Below, piece after piece: positions 1 to 7,803 of a DNA stretch of 26,977 bases (position 1 is the stretch's first letter; every line of letters begins with the position of its first letter). Both the position numbers and the translations under genes were made by a program. The DNA lies in IMG/VR virus record IMGVR_UViG_3300011337_000281, positions 1 through 26,977 of that record; one strand, given 5' to 3'. The notes beneath the pieces were generated by a model. The model did no database searches and was not told the DNA's origin. It was given only the letters and a program-made list of their open reading frames with translations. The stretch is from a virus. Lineage: Duplodnaviria > Caudoviricetes.

Positions 1-33
1 GTTGGCTTCGGTAGTCCAAAGTTCAAAGACTAG
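1..33 (+). CDS. 3' end of an upstream gene, probably endolysin (partial)
   Basis: Reads VGFGSPKFKD*. Resembles the C-terminal strand of CHAP-type phage amidases and lies directly before the holin. Only 10 codons are visible. Confidence 0.35.
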   Translation, partial: VGFGSPKFKD

Positions 34-41
34 GAGAACAA

Positions 42-233
42 ATGAACAAAGAGAAGTTAATCGCTATCGCAGGAACTTACCTACGTGCAGGAATTGCGTC
101 AGTAATTGCGCTATGGCTTGCAGGTGTGACAGATCCTAAGGCTCTGGTAACCGCAGGTATTGCAGCTATTGCAGGTCCAGTGCTCAAGGCACTTGATCCA
201 AAATCAGCAGAGTTTGGTCGTGGGTCTAAGTAA
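42..233 (+). CDS. Putative holin
   Basis: 63 aa with two hydrophobic segments and a charged C-terminal tail. RBS AGGAG; last gene before a terminator. Confidence 0.7.
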   Translation: MNKEKLIAIAGTYLRAGIASVIALWLAGVTDPKALVTAGIAAIAGPVLKALDPKSAEFGRGSK

Positions 234-254
234 CCCATCAGCGCGAGGCAAACG

Positions 255-291
255 AAGAGGCTCACCCCGAAAGGGGTGGGCTTCTTTTTTT
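255..291 (+). terminator. Intrinsic terminator between convergent genes
   Basis: AAGAGGCTCACCCC-GAAA-GGGGTGGGCTTCTT, a 14-bp stem with 2 G-U pairs, followed by a T tract. Confidence 0.9.
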
Positions 292-295
292 ATGC

Positions 296-646
296 CTAAA
301 ATATGCCAGAGTTACTATCATCTGATAGGTGGGTCTTGAGCCGGTGGCAGTTAGCACACAAGGTTTGTAAGTTAGACGGCTCATTGTTCCAACGGTCACC
401 GTCTATGTGGTCTACATCTAGTTGAGAGATGTGTACTGGTATGAACCCACATCCTTGACATTTCGTGCCTTTATGTCTAGCGTATGGATAGACGCTGTTG
501 TTGTAGCTTCGCTTCCATACTGTACGACATCGGTATCTACTAGAGAGTGGATTCTTTTTATCTCGTAGCTTCATCTTGGTGGGGCCACAAACAGAGCACG
601 TGGCAGTGCGATCTTCTTCGTTATGGTTACTGAGCTTGTGCTGCAT
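296..646 (-). CDS. HNH endonuclease with Zn-binding Cys pairs
   Basis: CQGC...LDVDHIDGDRWNNEPSNLQTLCANCHRLKT is a typical HNH motif; extra N-terminal CSVC. Confidence 0.9.
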   Translation of the reverse strand: MQHKLSNHNEEDRTATCSVCGPTKMKLRDKKNPLSSRYRCRTVWKRSYNNSVYPYARHKGTKCQGCGFIPVHISQLDVDHIDGDRWNNEPSNLQTLCANCHRLKTHLSDDSNSGIF

Positions 647-941
647 CTTTATCTACTGGACAAGGCACAACTACTAGATTGCCACAATTAACACAGGTTG
701 CATCTAAGAAGTACCAGACTAGTTCATAATCTTCAAAGCTGGCTAAGACGTTAAAAACCTGACACCCACAGGGACAGACGTGAATGGGTCCTAACTGTCT
801 TAAATCGGTCCCGAAAGGCTCAGGAAGGCCATTCCTGCGCCATCTAAACGATGGCAGGGTTGGTAGACGGAACCGTAGGGTTACTGTACGGTTACTGTCG
901 GTGCGCCCTTTGAGGGCGCCTGCCCGTTTAATTCGCCTCAC
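627..941 (-). CDS. Hypothetical Zn-finger protein (start uncertain)
   Basis: CPCG...CVNC motifs. GTG at 941 coincides with the predicted TSS of the leftward promoter. Confidence 0.65.
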   Translation of the reverse strand: MRRIKRAGALKGRTDSNRTVTLRFRLPTLPSFRWRRNGLPEPFGTDLRQLGPIHVCPCGCQVFNVLASFEDYELVWYFLDATCVNCGNLVVVPCPVDKDAAQAQ

Positions 942-948
942 GGCTCAT

Positions 949-971
949 ATTGTAGCCACTAGTAGGGTGTC
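949..971 (-). promoter_or_regulatory. Leftward promoter GACAC-N12-TACAAT (WhiA/WhiB-type), leaderless
   Basis: GACAC at 971-967, -10 TACAAT at 954-949, 7 nt to GTG 941. Confidence 0.7.
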
Positions 972-981
972 GCCTAGTAGC

Positions 982-1004
982 GACACGCCGTTGACTGGTA
1001 GGCT
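982..1004 (+). promoter_or_regulatory. Rightward promoter GACAC-N12-TAGGCT (WhiA/WhiB-type), leaderless
   Basis: GACAC at 982-986, -10 TAGGCT at 999-1004, 7 nt to ATG 1012; no SD before this ATG. Confidence 0.7.
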
Positions 1005-1011
1005 CTCTGGT

Positions 1012-1569
1012 ATGACGACAATCGCGGCTTTGGAAGGTATTGATTACGCTGTTCTAGTAGCTGATTCACAGATCACAGAAGATAATCTTGTGACACTAGC
1101 CACTAGTACGCCGAAGATAGTTGAAGTCGGCAAGTATCTCATCGCTCTTTCAGGTGATACTAGGCCAGGAGATATTCTTTCCTACAATTGGAAGCCACCG
1201 CTCTATCGAGGTGAAGAACCAGCACAGTTTATGGGAAAGAAAATCATTCCCAGTATTACCCAAGCATTTACCGATAACAACTACGACTATAACAAGGTGG
1301 ACAAAGATGATGGCTTCGATTATCTCATTGCTTTTAACGGCAATATCTTTCGTATTGCTTGTGATCTCTCTTTTTTCCAAGCAAATCACGGAGCGTATGG
1401 CATTGGTTCTGGGGGTCAGCTTGCTCTTGGCTACCTGTATTCAATTGTCAAACCTGATATGGACTTAACCTATGCCAAGCGACACGCCCGTAAAGCCGTA
1501 GAGATTGCTTCGGTCCTTGACGCGAACACTGGTAAGCCTTTACAGTTGGTGGTACAAGAACGGTTCTAG
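1012..1569 (+). CDS. Proteasome beta-subunit/HslV-like Ntn threonine protease
   Basis: M-TTIAA N-terminus (catalytic Thr1 after Met removal), ADSQ, PKI lysine, GIGSG and D..TG motifs; 185 aa. True start is 1012, not 784. Confidence 0.85.
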   Translation: MTTIAALEGIDYAVLVADSQITEDNLVTLATSTPKIVEVGKYLIALSGDTRPGDILSYNWKPPLYRGEEPAQFMGKKIIPSITQAFTDNNYDYNKVDKDDGFDYLIAFNGNIFRIACDLSFFQANHGAYGIGSGGQLALGYLYSIVKPDMDLTYAKRHARKAVEIASVLDANTGKPLQLVVQERF

Positions 1570-1577
1570 GAGGAGCT

Positions 1578-1715
1578 ATGGAAAATCAAGTTAAATACAT
1601 TCATATGACAGAAGAATATGCTGCACAGTATTGGCATCAACAAGGTTGGCTGGCGTGTAGACTTGCTTACAAGTTATACGATGATGCAGAGAAAGCTGGA
1701 GCATTCAGAGTATGA
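1578..1715 (+). CDS. Hypothetical protein (45 aa)
   Basis: RBS AGGAGG; MENQVKYIHM...; ATGA overlap with the next gene. Confidence 0.7.
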   Translation: MENQVKYIHMTEEYAAQYWHQQGWLACRLAYKLYDDAEKAGAFRV

Positions 1716-1873
1716 GCGCAGAATTACGTAAGCAAATCTCTGAAGAGATTGAAGAAAAACGTAAGCCTTATTTAGACTTAGCAAAAGATAAAGAGTCTGA
1801 GGATTATCAGTTTTATTTAGGTATCTGTAATGGTATGAACTTTGCAAAGGTGATAGTGGAGAATCCTAAATGA
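1712..1873 (+). CDS. Hypothetical protein (53 aa)
   Basis: MSAELRKQISEE...; ATGA-coupled at both ends. Confidence 0.7.
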   Translation: MSAELRKQISEEIEEKRKPYLDLAKDKESEDYQFYLGICNGMNFAKVIVENPK

Positions 1874-1956
1874 CAGCATTCTTAGCAGGTTTATTAGTTG
1901 GAATTATTATCGGCAGAGCATTTGATTTATGGGTAGATTGGAAATACAAGAAGTGA
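1870..1956 (+). CDS. Small membrane peptide (28 aa)
   Basis: MTAFLAGLLVGIIIGRAFDLWVDWKYKK; ATGA/GTGA coupling. Confidence 0.65.
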   Translation: MTAFLAGLLVGIIIGRAFDLWVDWKYKK

Positions 1957-2900
1957 GTATTACTGATCCTAAAGAACTACTACTTGATGCACTACGTGCA
2001 GGCGATGCTAAGCGTTCGCGTTCTACGCAAGTACAGATTGGTCCATCAGAGGTAGGTGGTTGTCGTCGTAAGGTGTGGTACCGACTTAACGACCAACCAG
2101 AGACTAACGATAACGAATTAAAACTAGCAGCCATTATGGGTACTGCTATCCACGCAGAAATTGAAAGAGCATTGGCTGATAATCCAGATGTGTTAGTTGA
2201 AGTTGAAGCTGAATACAATGGAATGAAAGCACACATTGACTGCTTTGTACCTGGTACTGGTGATGTCATTGACTGGAAGACAAGTAAGGTCCGGAACCTT
2301 TCTTACTTTCCATCAACACAACAACGGTGGCAAGTACAGCTTTACGGCTACCTCCTAGCTAACAACGGCTATGCGGTCAACCGAGTGTCACTGGTTGCAA
2401 TTGCCAGGGACGGGGACGAAAGAGATGTCAAGGTTCACACCGAAGACTACAATGAGTCCATTGCACTAGAGGCACTCGGTTGGCTAGCGGCTGTTAAAGA
2501 AGCAGCAGAGGCACCAGCACCAGAGAAAGATGCAAGCTACTGTCAGTTCTATTGTAAGTTCTATGACGCAAGCGGGCAGATGGGATGCGTCGGTCTAAAA
2601 AAAGAACGTACACCAGTGACTGATGTAGTCATTGATGATCCAACTATTGACAAGAACGCACTGATGTACTTACAGTTGGCAGTGCAAATTAAAGAGCTAG
2701 AAAAAGAACAAGATTCTTTGAAGGCATCCTTTGAAGGATTACTAGGAGTTACTAACTCTGGTATAGAAGTAAGCTGGAGCACTGTTAGAGGGCGCGAGTC
2801 AGTTGATAGTGAAGAAGTAGAAAAACTTTTAGGGTTTGTCCCTAAGAAGATAGGCGCTGAGAGTCATCGCTTATCTATAAAGCAAAGTGGAGGTAAGTAA
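1953..2900 (+). CDS. Cas4-like PD-(D/E)xK exonuclease
   Basis: GPSEVGGCRRK, GTAIH, HID...IDWKT, QVQLY and C-terminal CQFYC...C (Fe-S cysteines). GTG start at 1953 is coupled to the upstream stop. Confidence 0.88.
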   Translation: MSITDPKELLLDALRAGDAKRSRSTQVQIGPSEVGGCRRKVWYRLNDQPETNDNELKLAAIMGTAIHAEIERALADNPDVLVEVEAEYNGMKAHIDCFVPGTGDVIDWKTSKVRNLSYFPSTQQRWQVQLYGYLLANNGYAVNRVSLVAIARDGDERDVKVHTEDYNESIALEALGWLAAVKEAAEAPAPEKDASYCQFYCKFYDASGQMGCVGLKKERTPVTDVVIDDPTIDKNALMYLQLAVQIKELEKEQDSLKASFEGLLGVTNSGIEVSWSTVRGRESVDSEEVEKLLGFVPKKIGAESHRLSIKQSGGK

Positions 2901-3287
2901 ATGTCAGTAGAAGGTACAAAGTTTCAGGTCAACTACAAATTGCCTGACGGTACGTTAATTAATCTTTATGCCAAAGATGTTAAAGACCTAGAGACAGGTC
3001 TAACAGATCTCTCAATGGTATCTACTCTTATCAAGACAACAGGCAGAGAACTAGTAGGCGGAGTACCAACACCTACTGCTGCATCAGTTGCTGCACAGTT
3101 CAATGAACCACAATCTATAAACCCACCACAACCAGTAGCAGTTCAGTCTAACGGACAGGCACACACGTGCCGTCACGGAGAGATGGCCTTCCGTTCAGGT
3201 ACATCAGCTAAGGGACCTTGGAAGGGCTATATGTGTGCTGCACCAAAGGGTGCGGTAGACAAGTGCGACACTATCTGGGTTAGATAA
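2901..3287 (+). CDS. Hypothetical protein with C-terminal Zn-binding domain
   Basis: CRHG...WKGYMC...KCDTIW after a Pro/Ala linker; RBS GGAGG. Confidence 0.75.
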   Translation: MSVEGTKFQVNYKLPDGTLINLYAKDVKDLETGLTDLSMVSTLIKTTGRELVGGVPTPTAASVAAQFNEPQSINPPQPVAVQSNGQAHTCRHGEMAFRSGTSAKGPWKGYMCAAPKGAVDKCDTIWVR

Positions 3288-3290
3288 CCA

Positions 3291-3560
3291 GTGCGGGAGC
3301 CTCGTGAATACGAGAACCCGCTATGTGCAGAGATTGGTGGAGACTTCTGGTTTCCTGACAGAGACAACCCAGAAAACCGTAAGCTATTAGATCCTTCTTA
3401 TGCAAAATCAATTTGCAGGAGTTGCACTCATAAAACAGAGTGCGCTCAGTGGGGTATTAAGAACGAACGCTTTGGTATCTGGGGTGGGTTAACTGAATAC
3501 GAACGTACCTTGTTGCGTACAAAAAACAAGATTAGAGTAAAGGACTGGAAGAGTGCTTAA
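3291..3560 (+). CDS. whiB: WhiB-family Fe-S transcription factor
   Basis: C...WFP...AKSICRSC.....C...FGIWGGLTEYER: four Cys plus the G(I/V)WGG turn. Confidence 0.95.
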   Translation: MREPREYENPLCAEIGGDFWFPDRDNPENRKLLDPSYAKSICRSCTHKTECAQWGIKNERFGIWGGLTEYERTLLRTKNKIRVKDWKSA

Positions 3561-4401
3561 TCTTTCCCGCGCTTGGAGTGGTGTGCTTACCAAAGCAACA
3601 CCGCTACCTGACGTGTGGGAAGGATTGAAAGCAGAAGGCATTAAGTTTCGCAGAGGCCAGGTATGTATGGTAGCTGCAGCACCGAATGCTGGTAAGTCTA
3701 TGTTCGCTCTGATCTATGCAATCAAAGCAAAAGTACCTACGCTTTTCTTTTCAGCAGATACCGATACAACGACAGTAATGATGAGGTCTGTATCGCATCT
3801 ATCCGGTCATTCACAGGTAACTGTGGAGGCAAACCTTTCAGATAATAGCCAGTACTACAATGCACATTTGGACAAACTTTCACATATCAAGTGGGTCTTT
3901 GATTCATCTCCTAACATAGATGATTTAGAGTTGGAGATAAGGGCCTACGTTGAACTCTATGGACAGCCACCTGAGTTGATTGTCATTGATAACTTGATGA
4001 ACATAACTGCTGAGACAGACAACGAGTGGGCTGGCCTTAGAGCAATTATGATGGAGCTACACGATATGGCACGCAAGACTGAGGCCTGTGTCTTAGTACT
4101 CCATCACGTATCAGAACAGTCAGAGTATGGGTCACCTAGTAACCCACCTCATCGCAGAGCAATTCACGGAAAGGTCAGTCAGTTACCTGCACTGATACTT
4201 ACACTGGGCTATGACCCATCACAAGGAATACTCAAGGTTGCACCAGTGAAGAATCGCTTTGGCGCTCACACTGCAGACGGCAGTAAATACGCACAGTTAC
4301 TGGTAAACTATGCAGCAGTACAGATATCAGATCAGAATGAGTTTGGTTGGATGTTACGCAAGGATACAATCGCAGGATACCAAGGAGGATACAATGTCTG
4401 A
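3553..4401 (+). CDS. DnaB/RecA-like (SF4) helicase ATPase
   Basis: Walker A AAPNAGKS, Walker B IVIDN, LHH, and KNRFG arginine finger. Confidence 0.88.
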   Translation: MLNLSRAWSGVLTKATPLPDVWEGLKAEGIKFRRGQVCMVAAAPNAGKSMFALIYAIKAKVPTLFFSADTDTTTVMMRSVSHLSGHSQVTVEANLSDNSQYYNAHLDKLSHIKWVFDSSPNIDDLELEIRAYVELYGQPPELIVIDNLMNITAETDNEWAGLRAIMMELHDMARKTEACVLVLHHVSEQSEYGSPSNPPHRRAIHGKVSQLPALILTLGYDPSQGILKVAPVKNRFGAHTADGSKYAQLLVNYAAVQISDQNEFGWMLRKDTIAGYQGGYNV

Positions 4402-4606
4402 AGGACAGTTAACGAATAAGTACAGAGATAATCTGAAAACAGATGGATTACGTGCAGATGTTGATGCACTCAAGGTAGACCTGACCAACTTCGTTGGTGC
4501 TCTATTGCAATCTGGTATTGTCGAATTAGTTAAAGATGAAGAAGGCAATGTCATCTATAAAATCAACAAGGTTGTATTGGTAGATGAGTCAGTACAACAA
4601 GACTAA
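4394..4606 (+). CDS. Hypothetical protein (70 aa)
   Basis: Strong RBS AAGGAGG before ATG 4394. Confidence 0.75.
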   Translation: MSEGQLTNKYRDNLKTDGLRADVDALKVDLTNFVGALLQSGIVELVKDEEGNVIYKINKVVLVDESVQQD

Positions 4607-4934
4607 AGGTTCTCAGTTTGAGACAGACGTAATGAAGTGGCTCCGCAAGGCTGGAGTTATGGCAGAGCGTTTGTCTAAAGCTGGGGCAAAGGATGAGGGC
4701 GACATCGTTACTGTTATCGCGGGAGAAACTTACATCCTTGAACTCAAGAACAGGGCAACCCTTTCGCTGCCTGAGTTCTGGAGAGAAGCACAAGTTGAGG
4801 CGCTTAACTACTCTAAGGCTAGAGGTCTTGGGGAAGTTCCTCTGTCATATGTAATAGTTAAGCGTCGCAACGCTTCAATAGATCAAGCGTGGGTCATTTC
4901 CGACCTAGCACAATGGTTAAAGGAGAAACAGTAA
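4584..4934 (+). CDS. Holliday junction resolvase (Hjc-type PD-(D/E)xK)
   Basis: KGSQFE...DEGDI...LELKN motif. Confidence 0.85.
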   Translation: MSQYNKTKGSQFETDVMKWLRKAGVMAERLSKAGAKDEGDIVTVIAGETYILELKNRATLSLPEFWREAQVEALNYSKARGLGEVPLSYVIVKRRNASIDQAWVISDLAQWLKEKQ

Positions 4935-5032
4935 TGCCAGTTCCAGGTGGAGAAATAACAACAACAGAGATACTAGTACCAGAAGTTGTACCAGTTGAAG
5001 AGGTAGAAGATGATTTGCCTGAACTGTCGTAA
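4934..5032 (+). CDS. Small acidic hypothetical protein (32 aa)
   Basis: RBS AAGGAG, TAATG coupling; MPVPGGEITTTE... Confidence 0.6.
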   Translation: MPVPGGEITTTEILVPEVVPVEEVEDDLPELS

Positions 5033-5189
5033 AGCAGGAGAAGAGAATCAATCTAATCACCTAAAGCGTGCAGCTCAATGGCACGACAAGTGCGATGCAA
5101 AGGGGTGTGTATGCCAGCACAAGACTGGTCCAGGGTACGTAAGGCGGGCAGATACAAAGGTGCCGTTGATGCAAACTCAATCCCCATAG
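5010..5189 (+). CDS. Small Cys/His-rich hypothetical protein (59 aa)
   Basis: MICLNC...WHDKC...CVCQH; RBS GAGGT; overlaps the next gene. Confidence 0.6.
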   Translation: MICLNCRKAGEENQSNHLKRAAQWHDKCDAKGCVCQHKTGPGYVRRADTKVPLMQTQSP

Positions 5190-5488
5190 GAGCTATTGTC
5201 CAGCACTTTGGTGGTGAAGTAAGAGAAGGTAAAAGCGCATCGGTTAGATGTTGTTTACATAGCGACAGTCGCAGGTCTGCCGTTATCAATACCTATGACA
5301 ACCTGTACTTCTGCCATACCTGTGGTAAGGGCGGCAATGCAGCTAACCTAGTGTGCATACTAGAGAACTTGGAGTTTAACGATGGCCTCAAACGTGCAGT
5401 CGAAATTGCTACTGGAAGCGGCGCAACAATACGCTCAGGCAATAAGTCCAAAGGCTCTAGCCGTACTAAACGCACGTGGGATCTCTGA
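5111..5488 (+). CDS. Primase CHC2 zinc-binding domain protein
   Basis: CCLHSDSRRSA...YFCHTCGKGG; start at 5111 (or 5078). Confidence 0.85.
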   Translation: MPAQDWSRVRKAGRYKGAVDANSIPIGAIVQHFGGEVREGKSASVRCCLHSDSRRSAVINTYDNLYFCHTCGKGGNAANLVCILENLEFNDGLKRAVEIATGSGATIRSGNKSKGSSRTKRTWDL

Positions 5489-6032
5489 AGAAACTGCAGC
5501 ACGCTTTCAGTTAGGAAGTATTACCAACCCAATCAATGGTCACGAGATGTATGAAGGATGGCTTTCCATTCCATACATCACCGCATCTGGTGGTTGTGTT
5601 GGCTTTAAGTTTAGACGATTAGATGATGTCAAACCTAAGTATGGTTCACCTACTGGGCAGAAGGCACACCTGTATAACGTATGTGACATCACCCTTGATT
5701 CACCTTATGTTGTTGTATGTGAAGGTGAACTAGATGCCATCGTTACTAGTGGTGAGTTAGGCATACCAGCAGTAGGTGTACCAGGTGTTGCAGCTTGGAA
5801 GAATCACTTTCCAAAACTCTTTGCCGGTTATGAAACTATCTATGTTGTTGGCGACAATGACATCAAAGAGGATGGCTCTAACCCTGGCGCTGAGTTTGCA
5901 AAACGCGTGGCGAACGAGGTAATGAACTCACAGATTGTTACACTACCTCCAGGTATGGACATCAATGATTACTACTTAGCCAATGGCGTTGATGCTACGC
6001 GTAAGTTACTGATAGGGGAGTCGAATGTATGA
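5382..6032 (+). CDS. DNA primase, TOPRIM catalytic part
   Basis: ARGIS, PKY, VCEGELDA, VGDND, DIND motifs. Confidence 0.92.
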   Translation: MASNVQSKLLLEAAQQYAQAISPKALAVLNARGISEETAARFQLGSITNPINGHEMYEGWLSIPYITASGGCVGFKFRRLDDVKPKYGSPTGQKAHLYNVCDITLDSPYVVVCEGELDAIVTSGELGIPAVGVPGVAAWKNHFPKLFAGYETIYVVGDNDIKEDGSNPGAEFAKRVANEVMNSQIVTLPPGMDINDYYLANGVDATRKLLIGESNV

Positions 6033-6438
6033 CAATGACAGAGAACGAGTGGGTCATAATGCTACAGACTTTGCAGCATATGGGCTTTCACATCTTGCAA
6101 CAGGACAGAGCAACACAACTGATACTCATACGCCCCCAACCAACCCGCTAGCAGATCATCCAGCAGTAGCTGGCTATCGTGCAGTGGGTGTGAGCACTGA
6201 GGATTTAACTTCTTTCATTGAAGCCTTTGCATCTTTGCGTGCTATGCGTGTTAAAGGTGTGGGCCATAGTCAGTATGCGATAGCACAAGGTCAGAAGTTT
6301 GAGTCCTTTACTACCGCAGATACTATTAGAGAATTGATTGAAGAGCTAGCCGATGCTAGCAACTACATAGACTTCCTTGCTATCAAGCTGCTGAACATTC
6401 AGCACACTATAGATTTGGTGCTACCTGACTGTGAGTGA
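6025..6438 (+). CDS. Hypothetical protein, possible MazG-like all-alpha nucleotide pyrophosphatase (start uncertain)
   Basis: C-terminal ELIEELADASNY helix motif. The N-terminal ~40 codons overlap an alternative ORF at 6029-6151. Confidence 0.55.
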   Translation: MYDNDRERVGHNATDFAAYGLSHLATGQSNTTDTHTPPTNPLADHPAVAGYRAVGVSTEDLTSFIEAFASLRAMRVKGVGHSQYAIAQGQKFESFTTADTIRELIEELADASNYIDFLAIKLLNIQHTIDLVLPDCE

Positions 6439-7063
6439 ACTACATCCAGTAATATATGACCTAGTACCTAGCGTTGCTAGAACTATCCACCGCAGGTACA
6501 AGACTCACGTTGAGTTTGATGACATCAAGCAGGAGTTAATGGCTTGGGCAATGACTCGTGTAGTAGATCATACTGAAGATTTAATGGAGCCAATCGAAGA
6601 GAGACGCAGGCACAACGAGCAACGCATAGCGTGGCAGATGAGACGTGTAGCTGAGCGTTATGCACGCAAGGAGAAGGCATCTAAGTCTGGCTATCAGACT
6701 AACGATGAGGCTTACTATGAGTCAGCAACTCTTGGTCAGTTACTTCCCTTTGTCATTGCATCTATCATAGATGGCACAGTATTAGAGCAGGCACAAGAGA
6801 TGATTAACGATGGACAACCTAAAGGTTCATCATCACCAGCAGAAGGTGGCAACCTGCTGGCTAACCTCATTGACATCAAGCGTGGCTATCTGCAACTAGA
6901 ACAAGATGACCAGATGATTCTTAGGCTACGCCACCACGAGAGCTTTACCTTGCAACAGATAGCACAAGTACTAGAGTGTGCTACATCTACTGCAGATCGC
7001 AGATGTGATAAGTCACTTCGTAGGTTGCAAGATAACCTTGGCGGGATTAGCCCCTGGCAATGA
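6431..7063 (+). CDS. Sigma-70/ECF-like RNA polymerase sigma factor
   Basis: DDIKQE region-2-like motif; C-terminal LRLRHHESFTLQQIAQVLECATSTADRR region-4 HTH. Confidence 0.75.
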   Translation: MSELHPVIYDLVPSVARTIHRRYKTHVEFDDIKQELMAWAMTRVVDHTEDLMEPIEERRRHNEQRIAWQMRRVAERYARKEKASKSGYQTNDEAYYESATLGQLLPFVIASIIDGTVLEQAQEMINDGQPKGSSSPAEGGNLLANLIDIKRGYLQLEQDDQMILRLRHHESFTLQQIAQVLECATSTADRRCDKSLRRLQDNLGGISPWQ

Positions 7064-7212
7064 CATATACCTTCAAATGTATTTGTGGTGTTTCTATTTC
7101 AGCCGATACTGAAAGACAATTAGAGACGTTACTTGAGCGTCACTCTAAGAATAGTTCTATCCATAAAAGACAAGGCTGGGATGGACATAGCGGGATTGCT
7201 AATGGGCAATGA
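7060..7212 (+). CDS. Small putative metal-binding protein (50 aa)
   Basis: MTYTFKCICG...H...H; ATGA-coupled at both ends. Confidence 0.65.
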   Translation: MTYTFKCICGVSISADTERQLETLLERHSKNSSIHKRQGWDGHSGIANGQ

Positions 7213-7592
7213 ACGAAGAGTTATTATTTACTTTCTTGCGTGAGGGTTTATACCCTGACCTAGTAAAATCTGAGGGCATCTATGATGCCTACGACTGTAT
7301 CTCTAGGCAGGCTGGTCACTACATAGAGTTAAAGTGTAGAGCTACACACTATGAAAGCCTGCTCATTGAAGAGATGAAGTATCGCAAGCTCATCACCCAA
7401 GCTGCAGAGCGTGACCTTGTGCCTTACTACATCAACTCCACACCTGCCGGTATCTACTCCTTTGATTTAATGGATGTAGCAGAGCCGGTGTGGTATGTCC
7501 ACGAGATGCCAGCTACTACTGAGTTTGATAACAACGATAAGAAGTATAAGTTAGTAGGTTACTTACCGATAGAAGAGGCAGTCCAGTTATGA
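7209..7592 (+). CDS. Putative PD-(D/E)xK-fold nuclease
   Basis: E...YDC...YIELKCR motif. Confidence 0.6.
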   Translation: MNEELLFTFLREGLYPDLVKSEGIYDAYDCISRQAGHYIELKCRATHYESLLIEEMKYRKLITQAAERDLVPYYINSTPAGIYSFDLMDVAEPVWYVHEMPATTEFDNNDKKYKLVGYLPIEEAVQL

Positions 7593-7762
7593 TCTATGAC
7601 TATAAGTGTGGCAAGTGTAATTCAACTGTATCGGTTGAGCGTTCTATTCACGAGGAGGCCTCTACTCCTATGTGCTTTGACTGCCACGAGATTATGAATC
7701 GAGTATGGGATTCACCCGCTATCACATTCAAGGGCAAAGGCTTCTACACTAACGGCGGGTAA
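7589..7762 (+). CDS. FmdB-family zinc ribbon protein (57 aa)
   Basis: MIYDYKCGKC...PMCFDC...ITFKGKGFYTN. Confidence 0.85.
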   Translation: MIYDYKCGKCNSTVSVERSIHEEASTPMCFDCHEIMNRVWDSPAITFKGKGFYTNGG

Positions 7763-7803
7763 AGCAAGAACCCCACCGCCGAAAGGGTAGCGATAGGGTT
7801 CTT
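7760..7803 (-). terminator. Terminator of the leftward operon (possibly bidirectional)
   Basis: On the minus strand AAGAACCCTATCGC pairs fully with GCGGTGGGGTTCTT using 2 G-U pairs, followed by GCTTT; lies between convergent operons. Confidence 0.7.

Noticed and set aside
784-1011. 76-aa N-terminal extension of the protease as a propeptide
   Set aside because: It runs antisense to ORF 627-941 and across the divergent promoter. ATG 1012 matches both the predicted TSS and the Ntn Thr1 position.
1953-2900. Cas4 as a sign of a CRISPR-Cas system
   Set aside because: No repeat-spacer array or other cas genes are seen; solo Cas4-like nucleases are common in phage replication modules.
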